Positions 1 to 9,089 of a stretch of 64,000 nt of DNA are shown here, in pieces. The first letter of the stretch is position 1; each line of letters begins with the position of its first letter. Below the pieces are notes generated by a model, which did no database searches, was not told where the DNA came from, and worked only from the letters and a program-made list of their open reading frames with translations. Made by a program: the position numbers and the translations under genes. Source of the stretch: Bacteroidota bacterium. GTDB lineage: Bacteria; Bacteroidota; Bacteroidia; Bacteroidales; JAIOZK01. Location: the NCBI GenBank assembly GCA_034521425.1, contig JAXHMP010000001.1:1929737-1993736 (forward strand). The letters are read 5' to 3'.

Positions 1-1
1 T

Positions 2-751
2 GAATATAAAAAAGTCTATCGGTTTTATCTTGAATCCGATACTTCGGAAATTCCATGCACGCCACCGTTTCATAGAACCGGAGAACCAGAACTCATTGGC
101 CTAATCAGAGATAATATCGAAGGAAAAAAGGTCCATGCTATTTTATTTGAAGCTGTTGCTTTATCATTTTGCCCTCTTAATGAAGAATTTGAATTATACG
201 ATTTTTCTTTGACTCAAGGGGATTCGATTAATATTTGTCTATCTTCATTTATTGAAGGTGATACTGTTATGAGTTCGGCAATGGGTACTGCATTTGGCAT
301 ATATTCAAAACACATACAATCATCTGATTATTACTATACAAGCATGTACGAAGGTATAGGAAGTGATTTTGGATTGTTTGAACCATTTTTTATCCCTGTT
401 AAACACACAAATACCTTTAACACCTGGTTGTATGATTACTGCAGAAACGATACATGTGAACTTTTGGTTAACATAAAAAATTATTACTATCAAGATGATT
501 ATTTTAAGCTGTTTCCGAATCCTACAAAGGAACGGTTCGAACTTAGATTTGATGCCAAAAAAATTGTTAATGTGGGCATTATGATCTATGATAATATCGG
601 ACGCTTAGTTTATAAAAGAAAACCTGAAAGATACGAAAAAGGTGAAAACTCTATAAAGATTGATCTTATAAAATACAGCCCTGGAATTTATAATTGTGTA
701 CTTCAGATTGATCAAAACAAGACTGTAACTAAAAAATTCATTAAATTGTAA
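2..751 (+). CDS. T9SS type-A C-terminal sorting domain cargo protein, 5'-partial (continues upstream of window)
   Basis: The frame of ORF 209..751 stays open back to nt 2 with no stop. The C-terminus (FPNPTKERFELRF...IYDNIGRLVY...GIYNCVLQIDQNKTVTKKFIKL) has the PNP-start, alternating beta-strand pattern of Por_Secre_tail CTDs. Confidence 0.6.
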   Translation, partial: EYKKVYRFYLESDTSEIPCTPPFHRTGEPELIGLIRDNIEGKKVHAILFEAVALSFCPLNEEFELYDFSLTQGDSINICLSSFIEGDTVMSSAMGTAFGIYSKHIQSSDYYYTSMYEGIGSDFGLFEPFFIPVKHTNTFNTWLYDYCRNDTCELLVNIKNYYYQDDYFKLFPNPTKERFELRFDAKKIVNVGIMIYDNIGRLVYKRKPERYEKGENSIKIDLIKYSPGIYNCVLQIDQNKTVTKKFIKL

Positions 752-818
752 AATTCATATCCCGGAAATGGTTACTTTTAAACCATTTCCGGGATTAATA
801 AAAAATAAACCGTTTAAA

Positions 819-2073
819 ATGAAAAAGATAACATTAATCATTCTCTTTTCTTCCCTGAGCATAATTATGGTTGCCCAGGGTCTAAACGCCTATTTCAATC
901 GGGGTGCTACACCTGGAGAGCTTTACATCGTATCAGAATTCAATGAATTGGATTTGATGTATTGCGATATCGGTTTGTTTTACACAAGCGATAATGGAAG
1001 AATACTCTTGAGTTAGAATATTCACACCCAGCAGTTATGAACAATACGATATTTTACACCACACATTTATCGCTGATGCAAGCCCTGGTGTGGTTTATAT
1101 GAAAAACAGATTAGAAGGAGATACCCTTTTACATTAGCAACTGATTATGGACGATAATTGGACAGCAATAAATAACCAAGTAATGTACAATAACTTTTAT
1201 ACTGGAGCTGTTGAAGGAGAAATTTACAAATTTGGTCAAGAGATTTCCATTAGTTCAAATTATGGTGAAAGCTTCCAGTTTTTTACAGATGATACCTGAC
1301 AACATAACTTATGTATGTGATCTAGGTATTGAACCTGGACAGTTATGGGCAAAGCAGATGCTCGGAGGCTTTAACATTGATTTATACAGGATGGATGATT
1401 ACAGTGGACAATTTGAAAAAATTGCGAGAGTCGACAGTGGTTTGTGTATTGGAATGACTAATACTTTTTATCGAGGGGCAAATCCCGGTGAGTTGTATTA
1501 CTATCAGGAAGTACAGACGATAGGTACAGGTGTTGGTTATTATTCAAATTCATTTCAGCAGTGACAATGGAGAAAATTTTGAATCTGAGATATCAATCTG
1601 AAACATTTTGTTTTGGTTGTTATGATATATATTTAGTTAGCGGAAGAGATGAAGGTAGTTTTTATGTTTGCAGAAGGGCTCCTGATTACAATCTCGGTGC
1701 CTGGGTAATGGAGATAGATTACAGTTGTGATACCGCAAAAACCTTTAAAACCTATACCCATGTTTTGGATGAAACCGTCATGCAAATAGAATTTAAACCG
1801 CCGGTACTGGAAATTTCTCTTTACCCAAATCCCTTCCATCAAAACACGAAAATCGCTTTTACTTTAAACCAACAAGAAAAAGTTGTTATTGATGTATATT
1901 CGCTGAAAGGCCGCCTTGTCAATCGCCTTTTTGAAGGTGAATTGCCTGCAGGTTTGCAGGAAATAGAGTGGAATGGAAAAGATGCTACAGGAAATGAAGT
2001 TAAAGACGGGCTGTATTTTGTGAGGGTGGAAGTGGGGAAAACCTCAAAAAGCTTAAAGATTATTAAAAATTAA
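819..2073 (+). pseudogene. Asp-box (BNR)-repeat T9SS cargo gene disrupted by multiple frameshifts (track fragments 768..1016, 1211..1564, 1561..2073)
   Basis: Signal peptide MKKITLIILFSSLSIIMVAQG starts at 819 and a type-A CTD (LYPNPFHQNTKIAFTL...GLYFVRVEVGKTSKSLKIIKN) ends at 2073. Asp-box motifs (SDNG, TDYG/DNWT, SSDNGENF) and RGAxPGELY-like repeats are only recovered by hopping frames. Confidence 0.55.
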
Positions 2074-2275
2074 CAGCACGCAACATTGAAAATTTAAGTT
2101 TCCAATAAAATGAGGCATTACTTCGATCAACTGATCATGGCCTGATCCTGTTTAGGTTGTTGCCGATGGAGCAGGTGTGATGATGCTGGATGCTGGATTT
2201 TGAGCGAAACGAAATCCCGCAAACGAAGTGATGCGGGCTGTAATCTGTAACCTGAAATCCAAACAAATATCCAAA

Positions 2276-2415
2276 CACCAATTACCAATCCCGTCTCGCC
2301 TGAGGCGAGGCGAGGATCCTCGGAAAACTATGAAATCAAAGATTTCTGGTTTTTCGGAACTACCAACTACCAACTACCAACCACCAACTACCAACCACCA
2401 ACTACTTACTACCAC
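2276..2415. repeat. REP-like intergenic element, copy 1: CGAGGATCCTCG palindrome and GC hairpin next to a CCAAC-type heptamer-like array
   Basis: CGAGGATCCTCG lies at 2311-2322. CACCAATTACCAATCCCGTCTC (2276-2297) is the reverse complement of a string resembling 15443-15472. The CTACCAAC/CACCAAC array at 2359-2415 runs into the lgt 3' end. Confidence 0.5.
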
Positions 2416-3223
2416 CGCCAACCGCCTTTCCCGCCTTCAGACTAAAATAAAGGATCACCAGCCCGATCAGCACAAAAGGAATGCTCAGGATCTGTCCCAT
2501 ATTCAAAGCCATGCCCTGCTCAAATCCTACCTGGGGTTCTTTCAGGAACTCGATCAGGAAACGGGCGGTAAAGACCAGGATGAGGAACATGGAAAACAAA
2601 AAGCCGGGCTGGGGTTTGCCTTGTTTTTTGAAGTAGTACCAGTACAAAAAGAAAAAGATGGCCAGGTAAGAAAGGCCTTCGTACAATTGAGTGGGATGGC
2701 GAGGGTCAACAGCCAGTACCGGATCATAAGCCTGCACAAAAATAAATCCCCAGGGCAGATCGGTGGGGTAACCGAAAATCTCAGAATTCATCAGGTTGCC
2801 GCTTCGGATAAAGAATCCCGCCAGGGCAACCACCACCACGACGCGGTCGAGGACCCAGATATAGGGTTTCTTGTTTTTGCGGGAGAACCACAGCATGGCG
2901 ATCAAAATACCGATGGCCGCTCCATGGCTGGCCAGACCTCCCTCCCACACTTTCAGAATATCGATGGGATTGCTCAGGTATCTTTCCGGCTCATAAAAAA
3001 GGCAATGGCCCAAACGGGCGCCTACAATGGTGGCAATGATCATGAAAGTGGCCAGTTCATCCAACACTTTCTGGGGTACTTTTTCCTTCTTGAAGAACTT
3101 CTGCATGATGAGGTAACCCAGCACAAAGGAAAGGGCGAACAGCAAACCGTACCAGCGCACTGACAGCGGCCCGAGGCTGAAAATTTCAGGATCTACATCC
3201 CATACGATAGATAACAAAGACAT
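2402..3223 (-). CDS. lgt: prolipoprotein diacylglyceryl transferase
   Basis: 273 aa polytopic membrane protein. N-terminus SVRWYGLLFALSFVLGY, plus GARLGHCLFYEP, GGLASHGAAIG and HPTQLYEGLSYL are typical Lgt signatures. Confidence 0.85.
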   Translation of the reverse strand: MSLLSIVWDVDPEIFSLGPLSVRWYGLLFALSFVLGYLIMQKFFKKEKVPQKVLDELATFMIIATIVGARLGHCLFYEPERYLSNPIDILKVWEGGLASHGAAIGILIAMLWFSRKNKKPYIWVLDRVVVVVALAGFFIRSGNLMNSEIFGYPTDLPWGFIFVQAYDPVLAVDPRHPTQLYEGLSYLAIFFFLYWYYFKKQGKPQPGFLFSMFLILVFTARFLIEFLKEPQVGFEQGMALNMGQILSIPFVLIGLVILYFSLKAGKAVGGGSK

Positions 3224-3252
3224 AAAACAAAATTTGTGTCAAAGGTAAAACA

Positions 3253-3849
3253 TTATTTTATCCCTGAACCATCGATGATGTTATTCAGGATGGCATACAC
3301 GGTAAGGCCGGCAACGGACTTGATGCCCAGCTTGCGGGAGATGTTCTTGCGGTGGCTGATCACCGTATGGGCGCTGATAAAAAGCTTATCGGCAATCTCG
3401 CTGTTGGTATTTCCCCTGGCCACCAGGCGGAGGATGTCGATCTCCCGGTTGCTCAGGTCCGAATCGGAGGACTCATGCCTGGGCCTGCGGGCCGAGCGGA
3501 AGATAAGCTCAATTTCCTGGAATACTTTTCGCTTGTCGGTGTGCAGTTCAATTACATGATCTGCCAGGCTAATGGCCTCTTCTCCCCTGTTAAGCATTTG
3601 AACAACTTTCAGGCCGGGATGATCCGTTTTGATTTGCAGGATCTCTGGCAGGCTGACTTCCTGGAAAGCCGAATTGAAGAAGAGCACATCCACATCCATG
3701 GCCTTCAGTTTGCTTTTGATCTCTTCAAAATTGCTGCATTCGCAGATGCTTGCCTGCACCTTCAGTTCTTCCAGCACCTGCATAATGCCCAGCCGGAAAA
3801 GGTAAGATCTTTCTGCAAGTATGATGTTGTAATTCCGCATGGACATCAA
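3253..3849 (-). CDS. LuxR/NarL-family transcription factor with a degenerate (non-phosphorylatable) receiver-like N-domain
   Basis: C-terminal HTH: LSNREIDILRLVARGNTNSEIADKLFISAHTVISHRKNISRKLGIKS. In the N-domain the acidic pocket DD is replaced by AE (IILAERS) and the phospho-Asp position reads VDVLFFNS. A 4-nt overlap links it to the upstream RIC-like gene. Confidence 0.75.
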   Translation of the reverse strand: MMSMRNYNIILAERSYLFRLGIMQVLEELKVQASICECSNFEEIKSKLKAMDVDVLFFNSAFQEVSLPEILQIKTDHPGLKVVQMLNRGEEAISLADHVIELHTDKRKVFQEIELIFRSARRPRHESSDSDLSNREIDILRLVARGNTNSEIADKLFISAHTVISHRKNISRKLGIKSVAGLTVYAILNNIIDGSGIK

Positions 3850-4592
3850 GATTTGGAGATCTTTTCATACTGTTTTTCCAGGTCTTCCACCATAGGGACC
3901 ATGATCGTGTCCTCAATGCGGGAATGGTCATTCAGGTCTTTTTCGAGTTCGAACAAAAGGAACAGAACGGTATTACACAAATTCGAATCCCCGGGGGGCG
4001 GAAGGTATTTGATGATGATGTTTTTCAGATCGAGCAGCTTTTCCTCCACATCATCGTGCTCCACCGTAAAATGATTGATGGAATATTGGTCCAGCCGCAA
4101 GCTGGTTTCTTCGGATTCATCCTTCTCATGAACGGCTTTTTCAAGTGCCAGGATGTACGGATAGACTTTTTCTTCTTCCCGCTCGATATGCTCTGTCAGT
4201 TGCTTTTCATAATCCGCAAAGAACTCGTTCAGCAGGGCCTGCCGGCTGGCATCGCCGATGCTGGTATCGACAAGCTTTGAGATCAGTCTTTCCAGCTCGG
4301 GGACCTTCACATCCAGGTAGTAATCATGCGTTTTTTTCAGATAATCGATCAGCAGGCCGATGGGATATTTCTTCAGGTTTTCCTCGGGGAAATAATCCGG
4401 ATCATGAAATGCATTCAATATCTCCAGGAAGAAATCCAGGTTAATGTTGTTTTTGGCACAGAGGCTTTCGATGGTCCTGTCGCCAAAGCCCAGGGAAATC
4501 CCGAAGCGGTTGATCACCGGCAGCAAAGTATAATCCAGGTGGATCACATCGGCCATTTTTATTTCCGGGTTGATGACGCTGGTTTTTTTCAT
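3846..4592 (-). CDS. RIC/ScdA-like hemerythrin-type di-iron protein (ScdA_N-like N-domain plus HHE cation-binding domain)
   Basis: N-terminus LPVINRFGISLGFGDRTIESLCAKNNINLDFFLEILN resembles ScdA_N. H/E motifs: KKTHDYY, TEHIEREEEKVYP, TVEHDDVEEKL, LNDHSRIEDTIMVP. Confidence 0.6.
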   Translation of the reverse strand: MKKTSVINPEIKMADVIHLDYTLLPVINRFGISLGFGDRTIESLCAKNNINLDFFLEILNAFHDPDYFPEENLKKYPIGLLIDYLKKTHDYYLDVKVPELERLISKLVDTSIGDASRQALLNEFFADYEKQLTEHIEREEEKVYPYILALEKAVHEKDESEETSLRLDQYSINHFTVEHDDVEEKLLDLKNIIIKYLPPPGDSNLCNTVLFLLFELEKDLNDHSRIEDTIMVPMVEDLEKQYEKISKS

Positions 4593-4608
4593 GCGCTGAA
4601 ATTTTGGA

Positions 4609-4616
4609 CAAAGTTA
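4609..4616 (-). promoter_or_regulatory. candidate Bacteroidota -7 box (TAACTTTG on the minus strand) upstream of the RIC-LuxR operon
   Basis: Matches TAnnTTTG about 17 nt upstream of the ATG at 4592. No well-spaced -33 TTTG was seen. Confidence 0.25.
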
Positions 4617-4812
4617 TTTAGAATTTTTCAAAATTGGCTTGGAATAACAAATGGGATAGCTTGAAAATAGAAGAATATCTTATTACATGCTTTAGGAAGC
4701 AAGAAATTTAATGCTTTATTTATTCATTGATTTCGAATGAATTGTTTATTTTTATACTTTAAGTCATCAACCCATACCAGATGTTCAAATCATTCCATGT
4801 TTCTTTGTTTGT

Positions 4813-4843
<31 letters not shown>

Positions 4844-5058
4844 TCTTTATTTGAGCAGGGAAAAGGATAGCAAATAAAAATACCTTTTCACCGGACACAC
4901 GCCAAAAGCGTGTTTGTCTAAATTATTGCAAGTTGGTCCCAACTTAGCTGGTTTTTTATAACAGAATAATTTTTAACAAAAAAATTTTCATATCTTTAAA
5001 AAACCGAAAAAATGAAAAAAAGGCACCAAATAACAAAGTATCAAATTCAGCAATAATT

Positions 5059-8000
5059 TTGCTGGTCACAATTCTGCTCACTATTCTCAGTTTTAAGGGA
5101 AATGTGAAAGGACAAACAGATGTAACTTCTATGAAACTACCTGCAGTTTCACAGGGAGCATCCGTAGTGTATGATGTAATCCATGCAGGAAATTACTTTT
5201 TTGCTTTATCTTATGATAAATTACTTGTTTTTGATGAAAATGGAGATTATACAACCAAATTCAGTTTAGGCGGAGATTTCGGAAAATTCAATCCCATATC
5301 CGATGGTTCGCAGGACTACAATTATTTGTGCTACAATAATAACGCAGGTGTTGTGTATGCTATGCAGCCTGATCTGAGTGTGTTGGCAGTGAAAGTAGAC
5401 TTAAGTGAATATTGGAGCATTGATCCCATTATCAACCAGGCAGGTGCAACCCTGAACGATTCCTTGTTCATGATGAATGGCCGTATGGTCATGCGGATGG
5501 ATAACAATCACAACAGATTATACATGCTTGTTTCTGCCATGGACGTAAATAAAAATCCCCCGGGAGAATTTCATTCCTTTAAACACTGCCTTTTAATATA
5601 TGACATCGATATTACTGGAACCTGGACCCTTTTTTATGATGAATACCTTGGCACCGAATCAAATTATGAAGATCAAATTAACAATGTTATCTTTAATGAA
5701 CATCCTGACAAGAACTTTTATTATATTTCCAGACTTGGAAGTCCCTCAGGAATAATCGAAGTATGGGAAGTCCTCACCAGCACGGTTGTTCAAAGAAAGA
5801 CCCTAAAGTTACACAATCCGGACTATCCCGGTGGCGGCGCAACAGTACGTTACCAATTTGGTAAGATGTTATCCATTTATGAACCACCTATGAACAAAAT
5901 CCTTGTATTTCCCAGGAAGTACCGCGCCACAAAATCCGAGCAGTTCTTTGCCAGGATCTGTGTAATTGATGGTGATCATGATAGCAATCCTGCTAACATC
6001 GAATATGACTCTATAGATTCACCAAGCAAGAAAATCCATGATGCGATATTTCTGACTGAAAATAATGACCTGATCTTATCCTTTCCTCAATCAGAAGAAC
6101 TTTCACAAGATGAGGATTTAAACGACAAAGACATCGCAGTGTATCACTTCGATGGCACTGATTTTATTCCTGCTGCGAATTTCGGATATGCAACCGAGAA
6201 CAATACCCTGCAATTGGAAATCTTCGATGACAATGCTTCCCTGAAACTGCATCAAATCAATGATGGAACAGCCTTGATTAGTAAGAAAGACGGTCTGATA
6301 GAATTTGAATTCATGGACACTGATTATTCTGCCAGTCCGGTAATTAATGCGGAAAGTAATTTTTATGGCAATGGGGCCAAAGGAACAACATACTCATGCA
6401 TGATTAATAACGCGGCCTGTCAACTTGATTTTGTTAAGAACTCCAATGGAGAGTTGTACGATGAAAAAACAACCTCTCTTGCCTATCCTGCATACTATAC
6501 TACTGCCAACGCGGATGGAAGCAAATTGTATTTTTACAATACACTACATGCACACAATACAGGATTGTACATATGGAAGGACGATGGCGGAGGGCTTGTG
6601 AACATTAACAATGACAATGAAGAATCAAATAATATTACTTCTGCGATCGGTGATTGTGTTTATAATCCATTTACGGGCCATTTTCTTATTTCTGAGAATA
6701 CGCAATATGACAATGCTCCGGCCAGGGTGATTGTTATTAACGATAATGAAAACAATGAATTCGTTCAAAACATTGAACTAACCCATAACAATGAAGATGC
6801 TGACTTCGCCGGTGAAATGTTCGTTGCGCCAAATGAGAAGCTTTACGTAATGGCTAATATGAGATGCGCTGATCCCAAACCAAAAATTTTTGTATTTGAT
6901 GCCAATGACTATGATTATCTTTCAACAATTCAATTAAGTTCTCTGGTCTATGATGACAGCACCGCCTTTTTTACAGGCTATTTTTCATACAATCCACACG
7001 ATCAGGGAGTCTATGCTACTCTTGTTCCCATGTTCTATTCACCCGACCCCTATCATACGGTTAAAAACAGTATGTATATGAACCTGGGTTATGAAGATTA
7101 CACAGGCAAAGGATATATCATCAGGCTTTCCGATGATTCATATACACAATTGGATTTCCCGGGTAAAATGATAATACCCGACCGGGGAAATTGGGGCAAT
7201 GAATCCCAATATGATGATTACCTGTTTACGATAGGTAAAAAGTTCTATTTCCTTGATTATACAAACCCAACCCTTACTGTTGAGCACCGCAATGAAATTT
7301 TTAATGATATAACATACAGCCCCGTTCATGACCGGCTTTTTGCGTTGCGCGATGAGGAAGATTCCGATCGCGAGGATAGAAAAATACAAATCTATGCTAT
7401 TAACATGTTGGAAAATGGCAGCCCGGTATTCGAAAAATTGGATCATTTGGTTTACGCCGGACAGGCCGCCGGGATTTTTTATAATCCAATTGATAACTTT
7501 GTTTATGTTTATCAAAAATTTGATGATACAAAATTAGGAGATGTCCCGGTTAAATTATTGTACTTTGATCCATCCGAAGAAAACCCACATTTTGACTCGA
7601 TTCCTTTGGGGTTTACATCATATTACCCGGAACTTGACCATTGCAGGGATTATTATAAATTCTTTTTCTATAACATTATAGAACCCTATTTTAACATCAA
7701 TAACAACCGGGCCTTTTTCCCCAATGGCGGCTTTAGTACGGTCAGTATGATACAGTTTGAACCACGAGACGTGCTAAACCTCCGCTCCGGTATCACCTGG
7801 CTCTCCTTCCCACGCATAGAAGACCGCGACCCCGATGGCTATGTGCCTGCTATTCCCGTACTGGAAAATAATATCTCAACACCGGCTTATACTGACCTGC
7901 TTTTAGAGAATCTACCACCACAAGACAATGAAATTGTTGAGTTAACTTGGGATCAGTATAACTCTTGGGATGATGAATTTCTTTCAGAAATCAAAAGCAC

Positions 8001-8328
8001 CCTCGGCTACAAGCTCACTCTGGAACCCGGTAGTGTACGCTATCTGTCCATGTACGGAACAACACCCGTACCAGGTAGCTCCGATGCAGATGTGGAGTTG
8101 TATAATGGTTATGAAAACTGGGTAGGTTATTATCTTCCCGAAACCCAAAGTATTTTCGATGCCATTCCGGAGGATGTGTTGGATGATATCATCGAGATAA
8201 AACACCAGGACTGGTTTGTTTACAATGAGGACCTGCCCGATCCCCGCCCCCGGATGGTTCCTGCCGGGCAGGATGGAAATGCGGAAGCAATGTTGAACAC
8301 AACATTCGTTATGGTGAGATGGTCATGA
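5059..8328 (+). CDS. large secreted repeat protein 'A1' (YVTN/beta-propeller-like N-terminal ~900 aa plus conserved A-module); fragment 1 of 3 of a T9SS cargo gene
   Basis: Recurrent (Y/F)NPxxxxxY-type strands: VYNPFTGHFLIS, SYNPHDQGVYATL, TYSPVHDRLFAL, FYNPIDNFVYVYQ. The C-terminal ~190 aa align to the N-terminal part of ORF 11551..12285 (ITWLSFPR/INWVSFPR, NWVGYYL/NWIGYFL, IKHQDW/VKHQDW). The likely true start is ATG 5012, out of frame through an A7 run. Confidence 0.6.
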   Translation: MLVTILLTILSFKGNVKGQTDVTSMKLPAVSQGASVVYDVIHAGNYFFALSYDKLLVFDENGDYTTKFSLGGDFGKFNPISDGSQDYNYLCYNNNAGVVYAMQPDLSVLAVKVDLSEYWSIDPIINQAGATLNDSLFMMNGRMVMRMDNNHNRLYMLVSAMDVNKNPPGEFHSFKHCLLIYDIDITGTWTLFYDEYLGTESNYEDQINNVIFNEHPDKNFYYISRLGSPSGIIEVWEVLTSTVVQRKTLKLHNPDYPGGGATVRYQFGKMLSIYEPPMNKILVFPRKYRATKSEQFFARICVIDGDHDSNPANIEYDSIDSPSKKIHDAIFLTENNDLILSFPQSEELSQDEDLNDKDIAVYHFDGTDFIPAANFGYATENNTLQLEIFDDNASLKLHQINDGTALISKKDGLIEFEFMDTDYSASPVINAESNFYGNGAKGTTYSCMINNAACQLDFVKNSNGELYDEKTTSLAYPAYYTTANADGSKLYFYNTLHAHNTGLYIWKDDGGGLVNINNDNEESNNITSAIGDCVYNPFTGHFLISENTQYDNAPARVIVINDNENNEFVQNIELTHNNEDADFAGEMFVAPNEKLYVMANMRCADPKPKIFVFDANDYDYLSTIQLSSLVYDDSTAFFTGYFSYNPHDQGVYATLVPMFYSPDPYHTVKNSMYMNLGYEDYTGKGYIIRLSDDSYTQLDFPGKMIIPDRGNWGNESQYDDYLFTIGKKFYFLDYTNPTLTVEHRNEIFNDITYSPVHDRLFALRDEEDSDREDRKIQIYAINMLENGSPVFEKLDHLVYAGQAAGIFYNPIDNFVYVYQKFDDTKLGDVPVKLLYFDPSEENPHFDSIPLGFTSYYPELDHCRDYYKFFFYNIIEPYFNINNNRAFFPNGGFSTVSMIQFEPRDVLNLRSGITWLSFPRIEDRDPDGYVPAIPVLENNISTPAYTDLLLENLPPQDNEIVELTWDQYNSWDDEFLSEIKSTLGYKLTLEPGSVRYLSMYGTTPVPGSSDADVELYNGYENWVGYYLPETQSIFDAIPEDVLDDIIEIKHQDWFVYNEDLPDPRPRMVPAGQDGNAEAMLNTTFVMVRWS

Positions 8329-8615
8329 TCCGTACTTTTTATAACGATCACACTTTTCAGTGGATTTCTTCCGGGAATACTGCAAGTGGCGGATTGCTTG
8401 AAACCGAATATTACCAGTTCGAGGAACAAGCCGATTACACGGCTGTTTACATTGAACCCGACACTACCGAAAATCCATTGGAAATCGGTGCTTTTGTAAA
8501 TGATACCTGCATAGGGGCAGCAAGGCTGGGCAATCCGATACACTCATTGAACTCAGGGCCTATACCGACAGTTCAAATACCGGCAACATTGTGTTTGAAG
8601 AATATTACGGATTAA
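8319..8615 (+). CDS. A1 fragment 2 of 3 (frame-shifted continuation)
   Basis: RYGEMVMI...FQW...EYYQFEEQADYT...CIGA aligns with RYGDMVIV...FQW...EYFTYEEKLDYT...CIGA of the A2 paralogue. The frame opens at 8229, inside the previous fragment. Confidence 0.55.
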   Translation: MVMIRTFYNDHTFQWISSGNTASGGLLETEYYQFEEQADYTAVYIEPDTTENPLEIGAFVNDTCIGAARLGNPIHSLNSGPIPTVQIPATLCLKNITD

Positions 8616-9043
8616 AATCCACGCCGGGTAGGATCAGGGAATACATGGTTGAAAATCCAAAAACAGGCGAAATGCAAATACGAAGCTTACATAGCAATGA
8701 AAAACAGCTCTACTTCAGTGTCTCATTCAGGAAGGATAAAAATAATAAGGATCAGTATATTGGAATGAATGCACCAAAGCTCAATTGTATTCCCAACCCA
8801 GTTACAAATACATGCAGAATACAGTATGAACTTGCAGCGAAAGCTTTTGTAAAACTGGAAGTATTCGACATATACGGCAATCATCAGAACACCATTTACT
8901 CAGGACTCAGTGAAGAGGGGAAACATGAAATCTCATGGAATATAAATGACAGCAAGGGCAATGCCCTGCCAAACGGTGTTTACCTGATCAGCCTGAAAAC
9001 AGCAACACACAAAACACAAATAAAAACTGTTATAACAAAATAA
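8591..9043 (+). CDS. A1 fragment 3 of 3 carrying the type-A T9SS C-terminal sorting domain
   Basis: EEYYGLKS...ENPKTGEMQIR aligns with LEYGLKS...NKRTGRMEQRQIR of A2. The CTD reads IPNPVTNTCRIQYEL...VKLEVFDIYGN...GVYLISLKT...IKTVITK. Confidence 0.6.
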   Translation: MFEEYYGLKSTPGRIREYMVENPKTGEMQIRSLHSNEKQLYFSVSFRKDKNNKDQYIGMNAPKLNCIPNPVTNTCRIQYELAAKAFVKLEVFDIYGNHQNTIYSGLSEEGKHEISWNINDSKGNALPNGVYLISLKTATHKTQIKTVITK

Positions 9044-9053
9044 ACATAGAAGT

Positions 9054-9075
9054 CCCGTGAGTTGAACCTCACGGG
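9054..9075 (+). terminator. stem-loop between A1 and B1 (weak terminator or attenuator)
   Basis: CCCGTGAG-ttgaac-CTCACGGG forms an 8-bp stem. Only a short T tract follows, 14 nt before the ATG at 9090. Confidence 0.35.
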
Positions 9076-9089
9076 GCTTTACTTATAAA

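Noticed and set aside
2228-3163. 311-aa plus-strand ORF overlapping lgt, starting with PTTNYQPPTTNHQLLTTT.
   Set aside because: It lies entirely antisense to a well-supported lgt gene. Its N-terminus is just the translated CCAAC heptamer array, and the rest is low-complexity (Q/H/G/K-rich) with no recognisable motif. It is a shadow ORF.
3930-4000. TTCGAATCC (3982-3990), resembling a tRNA T-arm/T-loop.
   Set aside because: No acceptor stem or anticodon arm can be folded around it. It also lies inside the RIC-like CDS on the opposite strand.
5012-5056. Short ORF MKKRHQITKYQIQQ* as a possible leader peptide upstream of the big cargo gene.
   Set aside because: A one-base change in the A7 tract fuses this ATG to the long ORF and yields a canonical signal peptide. 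A frameshift or homopolymer error explains it better than a leader peptide does.
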